From an uncultured Pseudomonadota bacterium (GTDB lineage: Bacteria; Pseudomonadota; Alphaproteobacteria; Rs-D84): 38,449 nucleotides of DNA. Position numbers and translations under genes: made by a program. Below are positions 16,161-24,919 of the stretch, in pieces. The notes under the pieces were generated by a model. That model made no database searches. It was not told the origin of the DNA and was given only the letters and a program-made list of their open reading frames with translations. Location of the stretch: contig CAMVPZ010000001.1 in NCBI GenBank assembly GCA_947169505.1, positions 1 through 38,449 of the forward strand. The letters are read 5' to 3'. Each line of letters opens with the position of its first letter. The stretch's first letter is position 1.

Positions 16161-18197
16161 TTAATAGTGTTTACCATCAATACTCATACCGAATTTAAAT
16201 CTGTATGTTGTATTTCCAATATAATCACTTTTGATTGTGTTATCACGATTATATTCCAAAGAAAAATAATAACACGGATGTTCATAATAAATTCCTGCAC
16301 CATGTCTTTGCACAAAATGTTCGTATACGTTGTATATTACCGAACCCGCAATTCGCATACGTTTTGTCAAAGGCAATCCAATACCCCCAGATAATTCATG
16401 TGTATCTTTTTGATCTTCTGTTGAAAAAACATCTATTGGTTGTGTATCCCAGATATGCCCCAATGTTAAATAATAACCACTTTTACCAAAATAAATTGAA
16501 TTTTCAATATGACTTAAAGATGCGTCAACACGATCAAATCTGAAACGACTGGAAAATTGAAAATAATTTCTTGAATACGCAACACGACCAACATAATCAG
16601 AAAAACCATTTCTAAAACCGTTTTCATTAAAATCTTTGTCTTTGGATTCTGTATTAAAATCGTATGTTTGACCCAAAAATACTTCAATATTATGGTTGTT
16701 GTTAAATGCCGCCCATCTAGCACCATAATCAATAAAATTACCATTTTCCCAAACATCCAGACCGGCAAATCTGTTATCAGAAAACAATGTAGTATCAGAT
16801 AAAAAACGACCTGCAGAATCATTATTTATTGCAAATACCGCATCTTTGTTCGAATGTTGCATAATCGTCAAACGTGCACGTGGTTCAATAATGTATGTCC
16901 ATTCGTTTTCTATACTGTAAAGAGGCAATCCCCATTCAAGATATCCACTTGGTAAAAATCGAGATTTCACACCAGAATAAGAATCGTTTACACCACCATA
17001 TTCATACACAGGTGTTTTATAAAAATTGTAAATATCATATCTGGTAGACACACTGGCCGTAATACGATTGCCACCCCATATTGTCCATGGGGAAATTATG
17101 CTTGCTTGACCAATAACACGTTGGCTGGCAGAATCATGACTTGATACACCCAATATATCACCAGAAACACTTAAATACGTTTCTTTGAAAAAAGGATCAC
17201 TTTGATATGTTCCACGTATGTTTGGCAATATATTACCAGAAATAGAATGCTGATTTCCATATGCTTGACGTAATTCTTGGAATATGTGTGCATCGGCCAC
17301 AGCATAACTGTTTTGACCAAATAATTCCAATTTAGCCCCAGAATCAAGATACGGCTGATAATCATAAAACCCATATTTTTGCAAATAAGTCTTATCCGAA
17401 GTTCGTGCAACATATACATATGCACGTGCATTTTCACCCAATTCTATTTTATCGTTATTGTAAAAATGCCAGCGATTTTCACCAACTTCATTATGTGTAA
17501 AAGACCCAACCGAACGAAATTCCGAATGCGAAAGATTCAACCGATGTTCAGCCTGGAACAAAGGATTTTCTTTGGTTAAATATGAAAGTGTCGTTGTTAA
17601 ATCATGTCTTTCTGAAAAATTTATGTAAAAAGGTACATTTATTTGCAAACCCATTCCATTTGTAGAATTAAAACTGGGGTTCAAAAATCCGGTTTTGTAT
17701 TTAACAGACGGATCTGGCATTTCATAGTACGGCAACCATAAAACAGGCAAAGTATCATTATAAACCCAAAATGATGCATTATGAAAATACAACATTTTTT
17801 CATTTGAATCATGAATTACTTTTTTACTGAAAATTTCCCACGCATTATAATCATCACATCCATCGCACGCAGTAAATACAGCATCTTTGGCGATTGTTTC
17901 AACACCATCACGTTTTATTTCTTCTGCACGAACATATACATGATATCCCAACCATAATTCAATATCGTTTGCCGAAACATCAGCCTGATTTTTTGATATG
18001 GTCAAACTGTTTAATTTTACATGTTGACCAGATTCATTTGTCATTTCTGTATTACCAACAGCATTCATTTCTTCGGTTTTAACATTGTATTCAATAACGT
18101 CTGATTTGATGGTTTTGGGTTCATCCATATTGACACCCAATGCCATTACATTCATGACAAAAAAACACCCCGATAAAAATGATAATAAATATCTCAT
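16161..18197 (-). CDS. lptD: LPS-assembly outer membrane protein LptD
   Basis: About 680 aa beta-barrel-type sequence with a C-terminal aromatic-rich end (...YRFKFGMSIDGKHY). In lptF/G-lptD-surA context. Start chosen at MRYLLSFLSGCFFVMNVMALG (ATG 18197), overlapping the upstream TGA. Confidence 0.8.
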   Translation of the reverse strand: MRYLLSFLSGCFFVMNVMALGVNMDEPKTIKSDVIEYNVKTEEMNAVGNTEMTNESGQHVKLNSLTISKNQADVSANDIELWLGYHVYVRAEEIKRDGVETIAKDAVFTACDGCDDYNAWEIFSKKVIHDSNEKMLYFHNASFWVYNDTLPVLWLPYYEMPDPSVKYKTGFLNPSFNSTNGMGLQINVPFYINFSERHDLTTTLSYLTKENPLFQAEHRLNLSHSEFRSVGSFTHNEVGENRWHFYNNDKIELGENARAYVYVARTSDKTYLQKYGFYDYQPYLDSGAKLELFGQNSYAVADAHIFQELRQAYGNQHSISGNILPNIRGTYQSDPFFKETYLSVSGDILGVSSHDSASQRVIGQASIISPWTIWGGNRITASVSTRYDIYNFYKTPVYEYGGVNDSYSGVKSRFLPSGYLEWGLPLYSIENEWTYIIEPRARLTIMQHSNKDAVFAINNDSAGRFLSDTTLFSDNRFAGLDVWENGNFIDYGARWAAFNNNHNIEVFLGQTYDFNTESKDKDFNENGFRNGFSDYVGRVAYSRNYFQFSSRFRFDRVDASLSHIENSIYFGKSGYYLTLGHIWDTQPIDVFSTEDQKDTHELSGGIGLPLTKRMRIAGSVIYNVYEHFVQRHGAGIYYEHPCYYFSLEYNRDNTIKSDYIGNTTYRFKFGMSIDGKHY

Positions 18198-19255
18198 TTT
18201 TTTAATAATAAACCAAACAGACCCAACAATACAACAAAAACACCACAAAATACCAAAACAACATCTGTCACACTGGTCACCATATTGGAAGTAGACATAT
18301 ACAATGACATAATTACAGCCATTGACAATACCGCCATCGCCGGTGCAAAACTGGCCTTACGACGAAGCAATGATGTTTTAAGTAAAATTAATGTGCAAAC
18401 CAATGCCAATATCAAATTCATAAACGGATTAATTAAACGTGTACATAATTCAACCAATGTTAATTTGTGTTGTCTGTCGTTTTCTTGGGAAAATACTTCA
18501 TTTAACAAAGTCATTGTTGGAATACGTCGTACACGGAAAGACATATCTGCATCATTTTCAACCAAATTTAAATCCATATCTAAACTGTCAAACGTTCCGC
18601 TGGTAAAACCGTTTTTTCCAAACATTTGCAAAGACCCATTACTTGTGACAATGGACAATCCATGAACCGTAGATACCAATTTTCCCCGCTCTGCAAATAT
18701 AGTCATTTGATTTTTCTTTTCCCGCATATCAGATATCATCAATTGGTTCAAATCATTTCCAGATACATTATCAACATATACCACCAAACCATTTGCTAAT
18801 TTTGTAAATGTACCCTCTTGTAATTTTAAATGTGCCAAACCATACCGCAAATTCCATTGAGTGCTGTAAAACATAGCCTGGCTGGCAGGAACTATCCAAA
18901 AATTTAAAACAAAATGCAAAACAGTTAAAACAACAGCAAATTTTACAGCAGGCTTTGCAATTTGCCATGGAGACATACTTGATGCCATCATAACCGTCAC
19001 TTCGTTTTCAGAAATCATTTTGTTGTATACGAAAATTATTGTTATAAACGTCACAAATGGCACAATAATTGACATAATAAACGGAATCATTAATGAAGTT
19101 AAATAAATAAAACTTGAAAAATCGACACCATATGTGATTAAAAATTTCATCATAGTCATTATTTGCATCATCCATGCTACCCCAACCAGGATTAACAGCA
19201 ACATAATGAATATACCAATTAATTGATTTCTAAAATATCTGCTTATAATACTCAT
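18194..19255 (-). CDS. LptF/LptG family LPS export permease
   Basis: MSIISRYFRNQLIGIFIMLLLILV is a typical YjgP/YjgQ N-terminus. Multi-TM protein with a periplasmic insert. Start chosen at ATG 19255. Confidence 0.8.
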   Translation of the reverse strand: MSIISRYFRNQLIGIFIMLLLILVGVAWMMQIMTMMKFLITYGVDFSSFIYLTSLMIPFIMSIIVPFVTFITIIFVYNKMISENEVTVMMASSMSPWQIAKPAVKFAVVLTVLHFVLNFWIVPASQAMFYSTQWNLRYGLAHLKLQEGTFTKLANGLVVYVDNVSGNDLNQLMISDMREKKNQMTIFAERGKLVSTVHGLSIVTSNGSLQMFGKNGFTSGTFDSLDMDLNLVENDADMSFRVRRIPTMTLLNEVFSQENDRQHKLTLVELCTRLINPFMNLILALVCTLILLKTSLLRRKASFAPAMAVLSMAVIMSLYMSTSNMVTSVTDVVLVFCGVFVVLLGLFGLLLKK

Positions 19256-19325
19256 AATTATCAAGTATAAAGCCCAAAACAACAACCGTCAAGCAACAAA
19301 GTGGTATTACAGATATGATAAAAAA

Positions 19326-20375
19326 TTATTTACCAACATTTTTCTTTAACCATGCATAATGGCGGAAAAATTCAATACCCGGTCCAGCCGGCATACCCAT
19401 CCATTTTTCACCATTTGGAATACTGCGAAACACACCGCTGTTTGCACCAATTTCGACATCATCGCCAATACGCAATCCATTAGAAATTCCAACATGTCCA
19501 CCCAATAAAACACGGTTTCCAATAACACTTCCACCGGCAATTCCAACACCAGAAGCCAAAAAGCATTCTTTACCAATTACCACACCATGTGCAATTTGAC
19601 ACAAATTATCAATTTTTGTTCCGTCCCCAACAATCGTATCTGTCATAGCCCCACGATCTATACAAGTATTTGCACCAACAGATACACGATTACCCAAAAC
19701 AACACGGCCTGTATGTGGAATAAACACATTTTTACCATTTTGACGGGTATACCCAAAACCATCTTTGCCAACCACAGCATTGGCATTTATCACACAGTCT
19801 GCACCAATTGTTGCATTTTCAATATGTGCGCCACTATGTACAACGGTATTTGCCCCCAAAACCACATTACGTCCAATGAAAGCCCCAGGATAAATTTTAA
19901 CACCTTCTTCCAACACAGCACCTTTTTCAACGGTCGCATATTGACCAATATAAACACTGCGTTTTTTACGGAAATATACGCCACGTTCAACAGTTGCAAA
20001 ATAAGACACACCAAAACGTGGTTTTTCTGCATAAATTTCACCCAATATTTTAACAATGTTCCCACGTGGCGAATCTGTAATCAAAAGAGTTGCACCTTTT
20101 GGTGCATCTTTGATTTGTTCACGTTGTAATAAAATAACAGTTGCACGTGTGTTTTTTAAAACTTCGATTGGTAAAATTTTAAAAGCAGCAGAATTTCTTT
20201 CTGTGGAATAAAATGCCAACTGTCCAGGTTTAGCATCTGCAATAGGTGCAACCCCATTCACGATTTCTTTTGCGTTTCCTTTTAATTCCAAACCGAATTT
20301 TTTTGCCAATTCCCCGGCTGTAGTTTTCTTGCCACGTGGTCCAAAAATTTTACGTATTAAATCTTTCATAAACAA
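19326..20375 (-). CDS. lpxD: UDP-3-O-acylglucosamine N-acyltransferase
   Basis: N-terminal ELAKKFGLELKGNAKEIVNGVAPIADAKPGQLAFY followed by long hexapeptide (LbH) repeats. Confidence 0.9.
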   Translation of the reverse strand: MFMKDLIRKIFGPRGKKTTAGELAKKFGLELKGNAKEIVNGVAPIADAKPGQLAFYSTERNSAAFKILPIEVLKNTRATVILLQREQIKDAPKGATLLITDSPRGNIVKILGEIYAEKPRFGVSYFATVERGVYFRKKRSVYIGQYATVEKGAVLEEGVKIYPGAFIGRNVVLGANTVVHSGAHIENATIGADCVINANAVVGKDGFGYTRQNGKNVFIPHTGRVVLGNRVSVGANTCIDRGAMTDTIVGDGTKIDNLCQIAHGVVIGKECFLASGVGIAGGSVIGNRVLLGGHVGISNGLRIGDDVEIGANSGVFRSIPNGEKWMGMPAGPGIEFFRHYAWLKKNVGK

Positions 20376-20444
20376 ATCCTTTTGTTGGTTTGATTATAAA
20401 AACAAAACTTTCAAAAGGCAACTTTAAACTTTTACAAAAAAAGA

Positions 20445-21404
20445 TTATTCATTATCTAAAATTTCTTTTAATTCCATCATATCAACAGGCATACGAGATT
20501 TAAAATGCATTTTTTCACCAGTTATTGGATGGTTAAATTCTAAAACTTCTGCATGCAACATTTGTCCATGATGCGTTTTCAAAAATTCCAGTAATTCAGG
20601 ATTTTTTACAGAACCAATATGTGATTTTTCACGACCATAAAGCGGATCACAAACAACAGGAAAACCATGTGAAGATAAATGAACCCTGATTTGATGCGTA
20701 CGTCCAGTCATCAAAGTACAACGAAAAAGAGATATGCCAGGTTTTGTCCAAACATCCATCACATTAACAATTGTATGTGCCGGTTTTCCGCCTGTTTTAA
20801 CCAAACTCATTTTTTGTCGATTACGAGATGAACGAGCTATGTTCCCAGTTATATCTGCACCGCCCCATGTTGGAACACCCCATGCAAAAGCAATATATTT
20901 ACGTGTTAAATCATGAGATGAAAACATCTTTACCAAACCACGATAAGCCGCATCACTTTTTGCAAAAACCATAACACCACTGGTATCTTTATCCAATCGA
21001 TGAACCACACCAGGTCTGGTTTGTCCACCCAGCGCAGACAATTTTGTATATGATAATAAATTTTGAACCAATGTTCCTGTTTTGTTCCCTGCAGATGGGT
21101 ACATCACCACACCACGTGGTTTATCAATGACAATTATATCATCATCTTCAAATAAAACATCCAAATCAAAATCATTTGAAATATTATCATATGCTATATC
21201 ACTTTGTTTTTCAGCAATTTCTATAATAAATTCATCATCCAATTTTGTTTTATCCGACAACTTTAACGGTTTATTATCAGCACGTTTGATATTAAATTTT
21301 TGAATTTCGCTGCGTGAATATTCAGGCATCTGTCCAGACAAAAATTTATCAACACGAATACCAACGTTTTGTTCATCAACAATGAAATGCTTTACGTTAT
21401 CCAT
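20445..21404 (-). CDS. rluD: RluA-family 23S rRNA pseudouridine synthase (RluD-like)
   Basis: S4-like N-terminus (GIRVDKFLSG) and catalytic HRLDKDTSG, plus HQIRVHL. The ATG at 21404 overlaps the upstream TAA (TAATG). An alternative ATG lies at 21422. Confidence 0.85.
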   Translation of the reverse strand: MDNVKHFIVDEQNVGIRVDKFLSGQMPEYSRSEIQKFNIKRADNKPLKLSDKTKLDDEFIIEIAEKQSDIAYDNISNDFDLDVLFEDDDIIVIDKPRGVVMYPSAGNKTGTLVQNLLSYTKLSALGGQTRPGVVHRLDKDTSGVMVFAKSDAAYRGLVKMFSSHDLTRKYIAFAWGVPTWGGADITGNIARSSRNRQKMSLVKTGGKPAHTIVNVMDVWTKPGISLFRCTLMTGRTHQIRVHLSSHGFPVVCDPLYGREKSHIGSVKNPELLEFLKTHHGQMLHAEVLEFNHPITGEKMHFKSRMPVDMMELKEILDNE

Positions 21405-21868
21405 TATCTGTATTCCGTCCAATTTTTACCACGTATACATTTTGATATATCTATTTTAAAATATCTGTCGCCTGTTGTTGGGCACGTCAAAATTCCCAAA
21501 GAACGTCCATCCAAAGCATCTTCGGTTGCATTGCGATACGCAAAAGAAACGGTTTCCGGCTTATGCACACAAACCAAACGTAAATTCCCGCTCATTTTCC
21601 CATTTGGCGATAACCAGACACGAACACTGTCCGCTTCGCCATAGCATGGAAAACCATCCAGATAATACAAAACCAAACCTTCTTTGACCAACAATTTACT
21701 TGTTCCAGTTATTTCACCACGATATTGTTGCCATGGTAATCCCGTCACAGCAGCCCAATCAACACTGGTTGAAAATAAACTTACCCTGGCGGGTGGCAAA
21801 GTTGATGTATTATCTGCAAAAGCAGAAACACAAATCAAAGACAAAAATAACGATAATATTTTTTTCAT
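21404..21868 (-). CDS. Secreted 4-Cys protein, unknown function
   Basis: Signal peptide MKKILSLFLSLICVSAFA|DN. No family recognised. Its ATG overlaps the upstream TGA (ATGA). Confidence 0.55.
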   Translation of the reverse strand: MKKILSLFLSLICVSAFADNTSTLPPARVSLFSTSVDWAAVTGLPWQQYRGEITGTSKLLVKEGLVLYYLDGFPCYGEADSVRVWLSPNGKMSGNLRLVCVHKPETVSFAYRNATEDALDGRSLGILTCPTTGDRYFKIDISKCIRGKNWTEYR

Positions 21869-22374
21869 TTTGATTCCTTTAATTCAACAGTCAATCTTTT
21901 TACATGTGTTGGATCAACAGATAAAACATGATTAAAAGTGACCGTGGTTTTCGGTTCCAACAATGTCACAGGCGGAACAAATGCTTGGCGTGACAGAACA
22001 TTATTACCCGCATCGTACGAAACAATAATAATGTTTGGCAAACCATATATATCATCGGTAGTATTTGTAATATCGCCGGATACAAAAATTTTCTTATTGC
22101 CGTTTTCATCTGTAATCGTATGTATGTTTTTTTCGTCTATTTTGGTAATCAACGGTTTATTATTTGAATCATGTGAAAAATTTAAAACAGCGACGATACA
22201 AAATATACATGCTGCAATAAATGCGCAAATTGCCGCAATTAATTTCATAGTTGCATTTTGGCGAAATGGTACACGTGGTGTCCAAACATGACCACACACC
22301 GCACATCTTACCGAGGTATTTGGCGTTTTATCCAATGTATATTCTGTTTTGCAAAAATCACATGTTATTTTCAT
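21865..22374 (-). CDS. MJ0042-type zinc-ribbon membrane protein (DUF3426-like architecture)
   Basis: MKITCDFCKTEYTLDKTPNTSVRCAVCGHVW (CxxC...CxxC), one TM (LIAAICAFIAACIFCIVAVL), then a ~100-aa extracytoplasmic domain. Confidence 0.65.
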   Translation of the reverse strand: MKITCDFCKTEYTLDKTPNTSVRCAVCGHVWTPRVPFRQNATMKLIAAICAFIAACIFCIVAVLNFSHDSNNKPLITKIDEKNIHTITDENGNKKIFVSGDITNTTDDIYGLPNIIIVSYDAGNNVLSRQAFVPPVTLLEPKTTVTFNHVLSVDPTHVKRLTVELKESK

Positions 22375-22406
22375 AATTAAATCCTTTGGATAATTTATAA
22401 CACATT

Positions 22407-23726
22407 TTATTTCAAATTCAACATTTCATATTTTACACGTATTTGCGTCTGCATATTGTTAATAGCATTGATATAATCACCAACTGTTGCATTAACATTA
22501 GCAGCCACAGAATTAAATATTGTTGTTGCATTAGTCCCAGGATGCGATTCCAATCTTGCGATTTTAGATGCCATACGTGCCAATTCTGGGAAATTTACAT
22601 CTGCAAAACGTGCTTTTTTGGATTTTATATCCCAATAAAAAGATGAATCTTTTGGGTCTTGGATTTTATCTGTTATAATTAATTTTGGTGTGACAGACCC
22701 CGTATATCCAACAGAAACATACGTTGCATCTATGCGTCCCAATATTAAATCCATATCGCCTATGATTTTCAAAGATGATGATTTACCAGAAGTTGTCGAT
22801 ACCGAAAAACCATTTAAACTTAACGTGTTTACATATAAATCATTTGTATAAAAAGATGAAAAATTTCCTGAATCTGCCAAAGTCAATGTTCCACCAACAT
22901 TTAATGTACGAGAATCAGATGTAAAAGCCCCATTAACCATTGCTGTATTTGTTGAAAAAATAGCATCTATGGTTGATCGATTGGAAAATGTTAACGAGCC
23001 AACAGAAACTTTACTGATTTTTAATTTTTCTTCAAATTGCGCCTTTGATGCATCAAAAAAATTGACATTGGTTATATCATGTCCGTCTAAATTCAACGGC
23101 GACAACATAGTTGCATCAATTTCATTTTCAGATGGCAATCTCCATAAATATTCAGTGTTTCCACGCATAGTCGAAGTTGTTCCAATCAAACCTTTGGTAT
23201 CTGTTATACCAAAATCAATTGCATTCGCATGAAAAGCACCAAAACCACCATGTGTCATTTCACCTTCGACAAAACCAAATTGCCCACCACCAAGATTTAC
23301 TATTTCACGTGTACGAAGCGGTGTAATTTCATTATTTGATAAAATTACTATACCTTGTAATACAGATTTATCATTTTTATCAGTACTTTTTAAAACCCTT
23401 AATTGATAATCGTCTTGATAATTTTCTGCGATATATTCAGGCAAACCATAATCAAGCAAATTATTTATTTTTACACGAAATATATTTTTCCCGGTTGGTT
23501 TCATTAATTCTGTTTTATTTTCAATAATATATCTTTCCAATGCAGTTTGAACACTTTCCATTTGCTTTGTTATTGCGACATTTCTTGCACGATTTACAGC
23601 AGTTTGTTGATACCTGAAAACAAACGGAATTATTATCGCAGCCAATGCGATAGTCATCATTAATTCAACCAACATTCCACCATGTTGAAAATTACGATTA
23701 ATAAAAGAGCGTTTTTTTATCTTCAT
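22407..23726 (-). CDS. Giant prepilin-like protein P1 (439 aa) with a PilV/shufflon-N-like motif
   Basis: Class III signal QHG|GMLVELMMTIALAAIIIPFVF with Glu at +5. Motif YLWRLPSENEIDATMLSPLNLDGHDITNVNFFDA. The C-terminal half is rich in N/S/T/G/V and looks beta-solenoid-like. Confidence 0.6.
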   Translation of the reverse strand: MKIKKRSFINRNFQHGGMLVELMMTIALAAIIIPFVFRYQQTAVNRARNVAITKQMESVQTALERYIIENKTELMKPTGKNIFRVKINNLLDYGLPEYIAENYQDDYQLRVLKSTDKNDKSVLQGIVILSNNEITPLRTREIVNLGGGQFGFVEGEMTHGGFGAFHANAIDFGITDTKGLIGTTSTMRGNTEYLWRLPSENEIDATMLSPLNLDGHDITNVNFFDASKAQFEEKLKISKVSVGSLTFSNRSTIDAIFSTNTAMVNGAFTSDSRTLNVGGTLTLADSGNFSSFYTNDLYVNTLSLNGFSVSTTSGKSSSLKIIGDMDLILGRIDATYVSVGYTGSVTPKLIITDKIQDPKDSSFYWDIKSKKARFADVNFPELARMASKIARLESHPGTNATTIFNSVAANVNATVGDYINAINNMQTQIRVKYEMLNLK

Positions 23727-24919
23727 TTATTTTGCCAATCTTTTTGCATTATCTTTTTGAATTCTGCTGCATCTGGTACAGATGGTATCGCAGTGCGTGT
23801 TAATATGAATTTAGAAAAACTTGGTGGTGTGTTTGACGGAAACACCCATGTTCCAATTTTTAACGGTGCGTCCCCAGTCAATAATAATTCACCAGATACA
23901 GTTATACCAAAATTTTCAAAAAATGTTATTTCTGATGCAGACAAATATGGTGTCAAAAGTTTTCCCATTGATATTCCACCAAATGTGGCACGATTTTGTG
24001 TTCCGGTGGATTTTAAAATTAAATTTCCCGATACGTTTATTGAATTTCCTATTGTTGCACGATCAACCACTAAACGACCATTTGTTGTGTATTTGTTTCC
24101 ATTTAATGTGTCTGCACGTATAGTTTTAAATCCGTTTGTATCACCTGTCACACGCATAGACCCAACCGCCATATTGGTTGAATTAATATTTGCCCCAGAT
24201 GTAAAATATATACTGTTTGCATCAATAACATCTGCATTCAAAAACACCGCATCAACATCAATAATTTTCGCAGAAACTGCATCAACACTACTGACATTAA
24301 AAATATTATAATTGTTCAAATGTAAATTTCGATGCATTTGATTAAGCCCGTCTTCACCCATCGTTCCACGATGTAAAAATCTTGATTTATCTGTACCCTC
24401 AAAATCACGAGATATTTTATAAATCAAATCCCCGACATAAAAATTTTCTGGTGCAGACACAGCCCAACTTTGTGAATATGCAATACCGTCTTCACGCACA
24501 ACTGCGGCATCTTCACCAATTTGTTTTGCAATATTTGCAACACGATAATCCGCCATATCCAAATCAAAAGCCAAATAAACATCAATAATTGATGCACCAT
24601 TTACTTTGTATTTATCAATAAAACCGCTGTGTGCAATCGGTGCAATTTGTTCAATTTGCTCTGGCGACATTTCTATTTCTTCTGTATCACCCCACTGTGT
24701 TTGGTTTATACGCATGAAATTTATAACATCATCCCGCAATTTAACAATTTGATTTGCTGTCGCTATATCCGAAGATTCGTTCGACATATCTATGATTTGA
24801 TTGTATAAAAACGGTGAAACAGCGATAACCACAGCCACCGCCAAAATAACTTCGGTCATAGATGCACCACGTTGTGCAAATTTGTTTTTAACGTCAAAAA
24901 TTTTTTTACAAGCAATCAT
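23723..24919 (-). CDS. Giant prepilin-like protein P2 (398 aa) with a PilV/shufflon-N-like motif
   Basis: AQRG|ASMTEVILAVAVVIAV with Glu at +5. RFLHRGTMGEDGLNQMHRNLHLNNYNIFNVSSVDA closely parallels R64 PilV ...[35 protein letters not shown] (recalled from memory). The stop overlaps the P1 ATG (ATGA). Confidence 0.6.
   Translation of the reverse strand: MIACKKIFDVKNKFAQRGASMTEVILAVAVVIAVSPFLYNQIIDMSNESSDIATANQIVKLRDDVINFMRINQTQWGDTEEIEMSPEQIEQIAPIAHSGFIDKYKVNGASIIDVYLAFDLDMADYRVANIAKQIGEDAAVVREDGIAYSQSWAVSAPENFYVGDLIYKISRDFEGTDKSRFLHRGTMGEDGLNQMHRNLHLNNYNIFNVSSVDAVSAKIIDVDAVFLNADVIDANSIYFTSGANINSTNMAVGSMRVTGDTNGFKTIRADTLNGNKYTTNGRLVVDRATIGNSINVSGNLILKSTGTQNRATFGGISMGKLLTPYLSASEITFFENFGITVSGELLLTGDAPLKIGTWVFPSNTPPSFSKFILTRTAIPSVPDAAEFKKIMQKDWQNK

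Noticed and set aside
19587-20129. A 180-aa plus-strand ORF inside lpxD.
   Set aside because: It is antisense to the hexapeptide-repeat region of a clearly identified LpxD. The repetitive codon pattern explains the open antisense frame, and the product has no recognisable protein features.
23682-24311. A 209-aa plus-strand ORF, unusually long for an AT-rich genome, overlapping the P2/P1 junction.
   Set aside because: It is entirely antisense to two strongly supported, translationally coupled genes. Its product is low-complexity and lacks an RBS. The N/S/T/G/V-rich beta-solenoid coding on the sense strand naturally depletes antisense stop codons.
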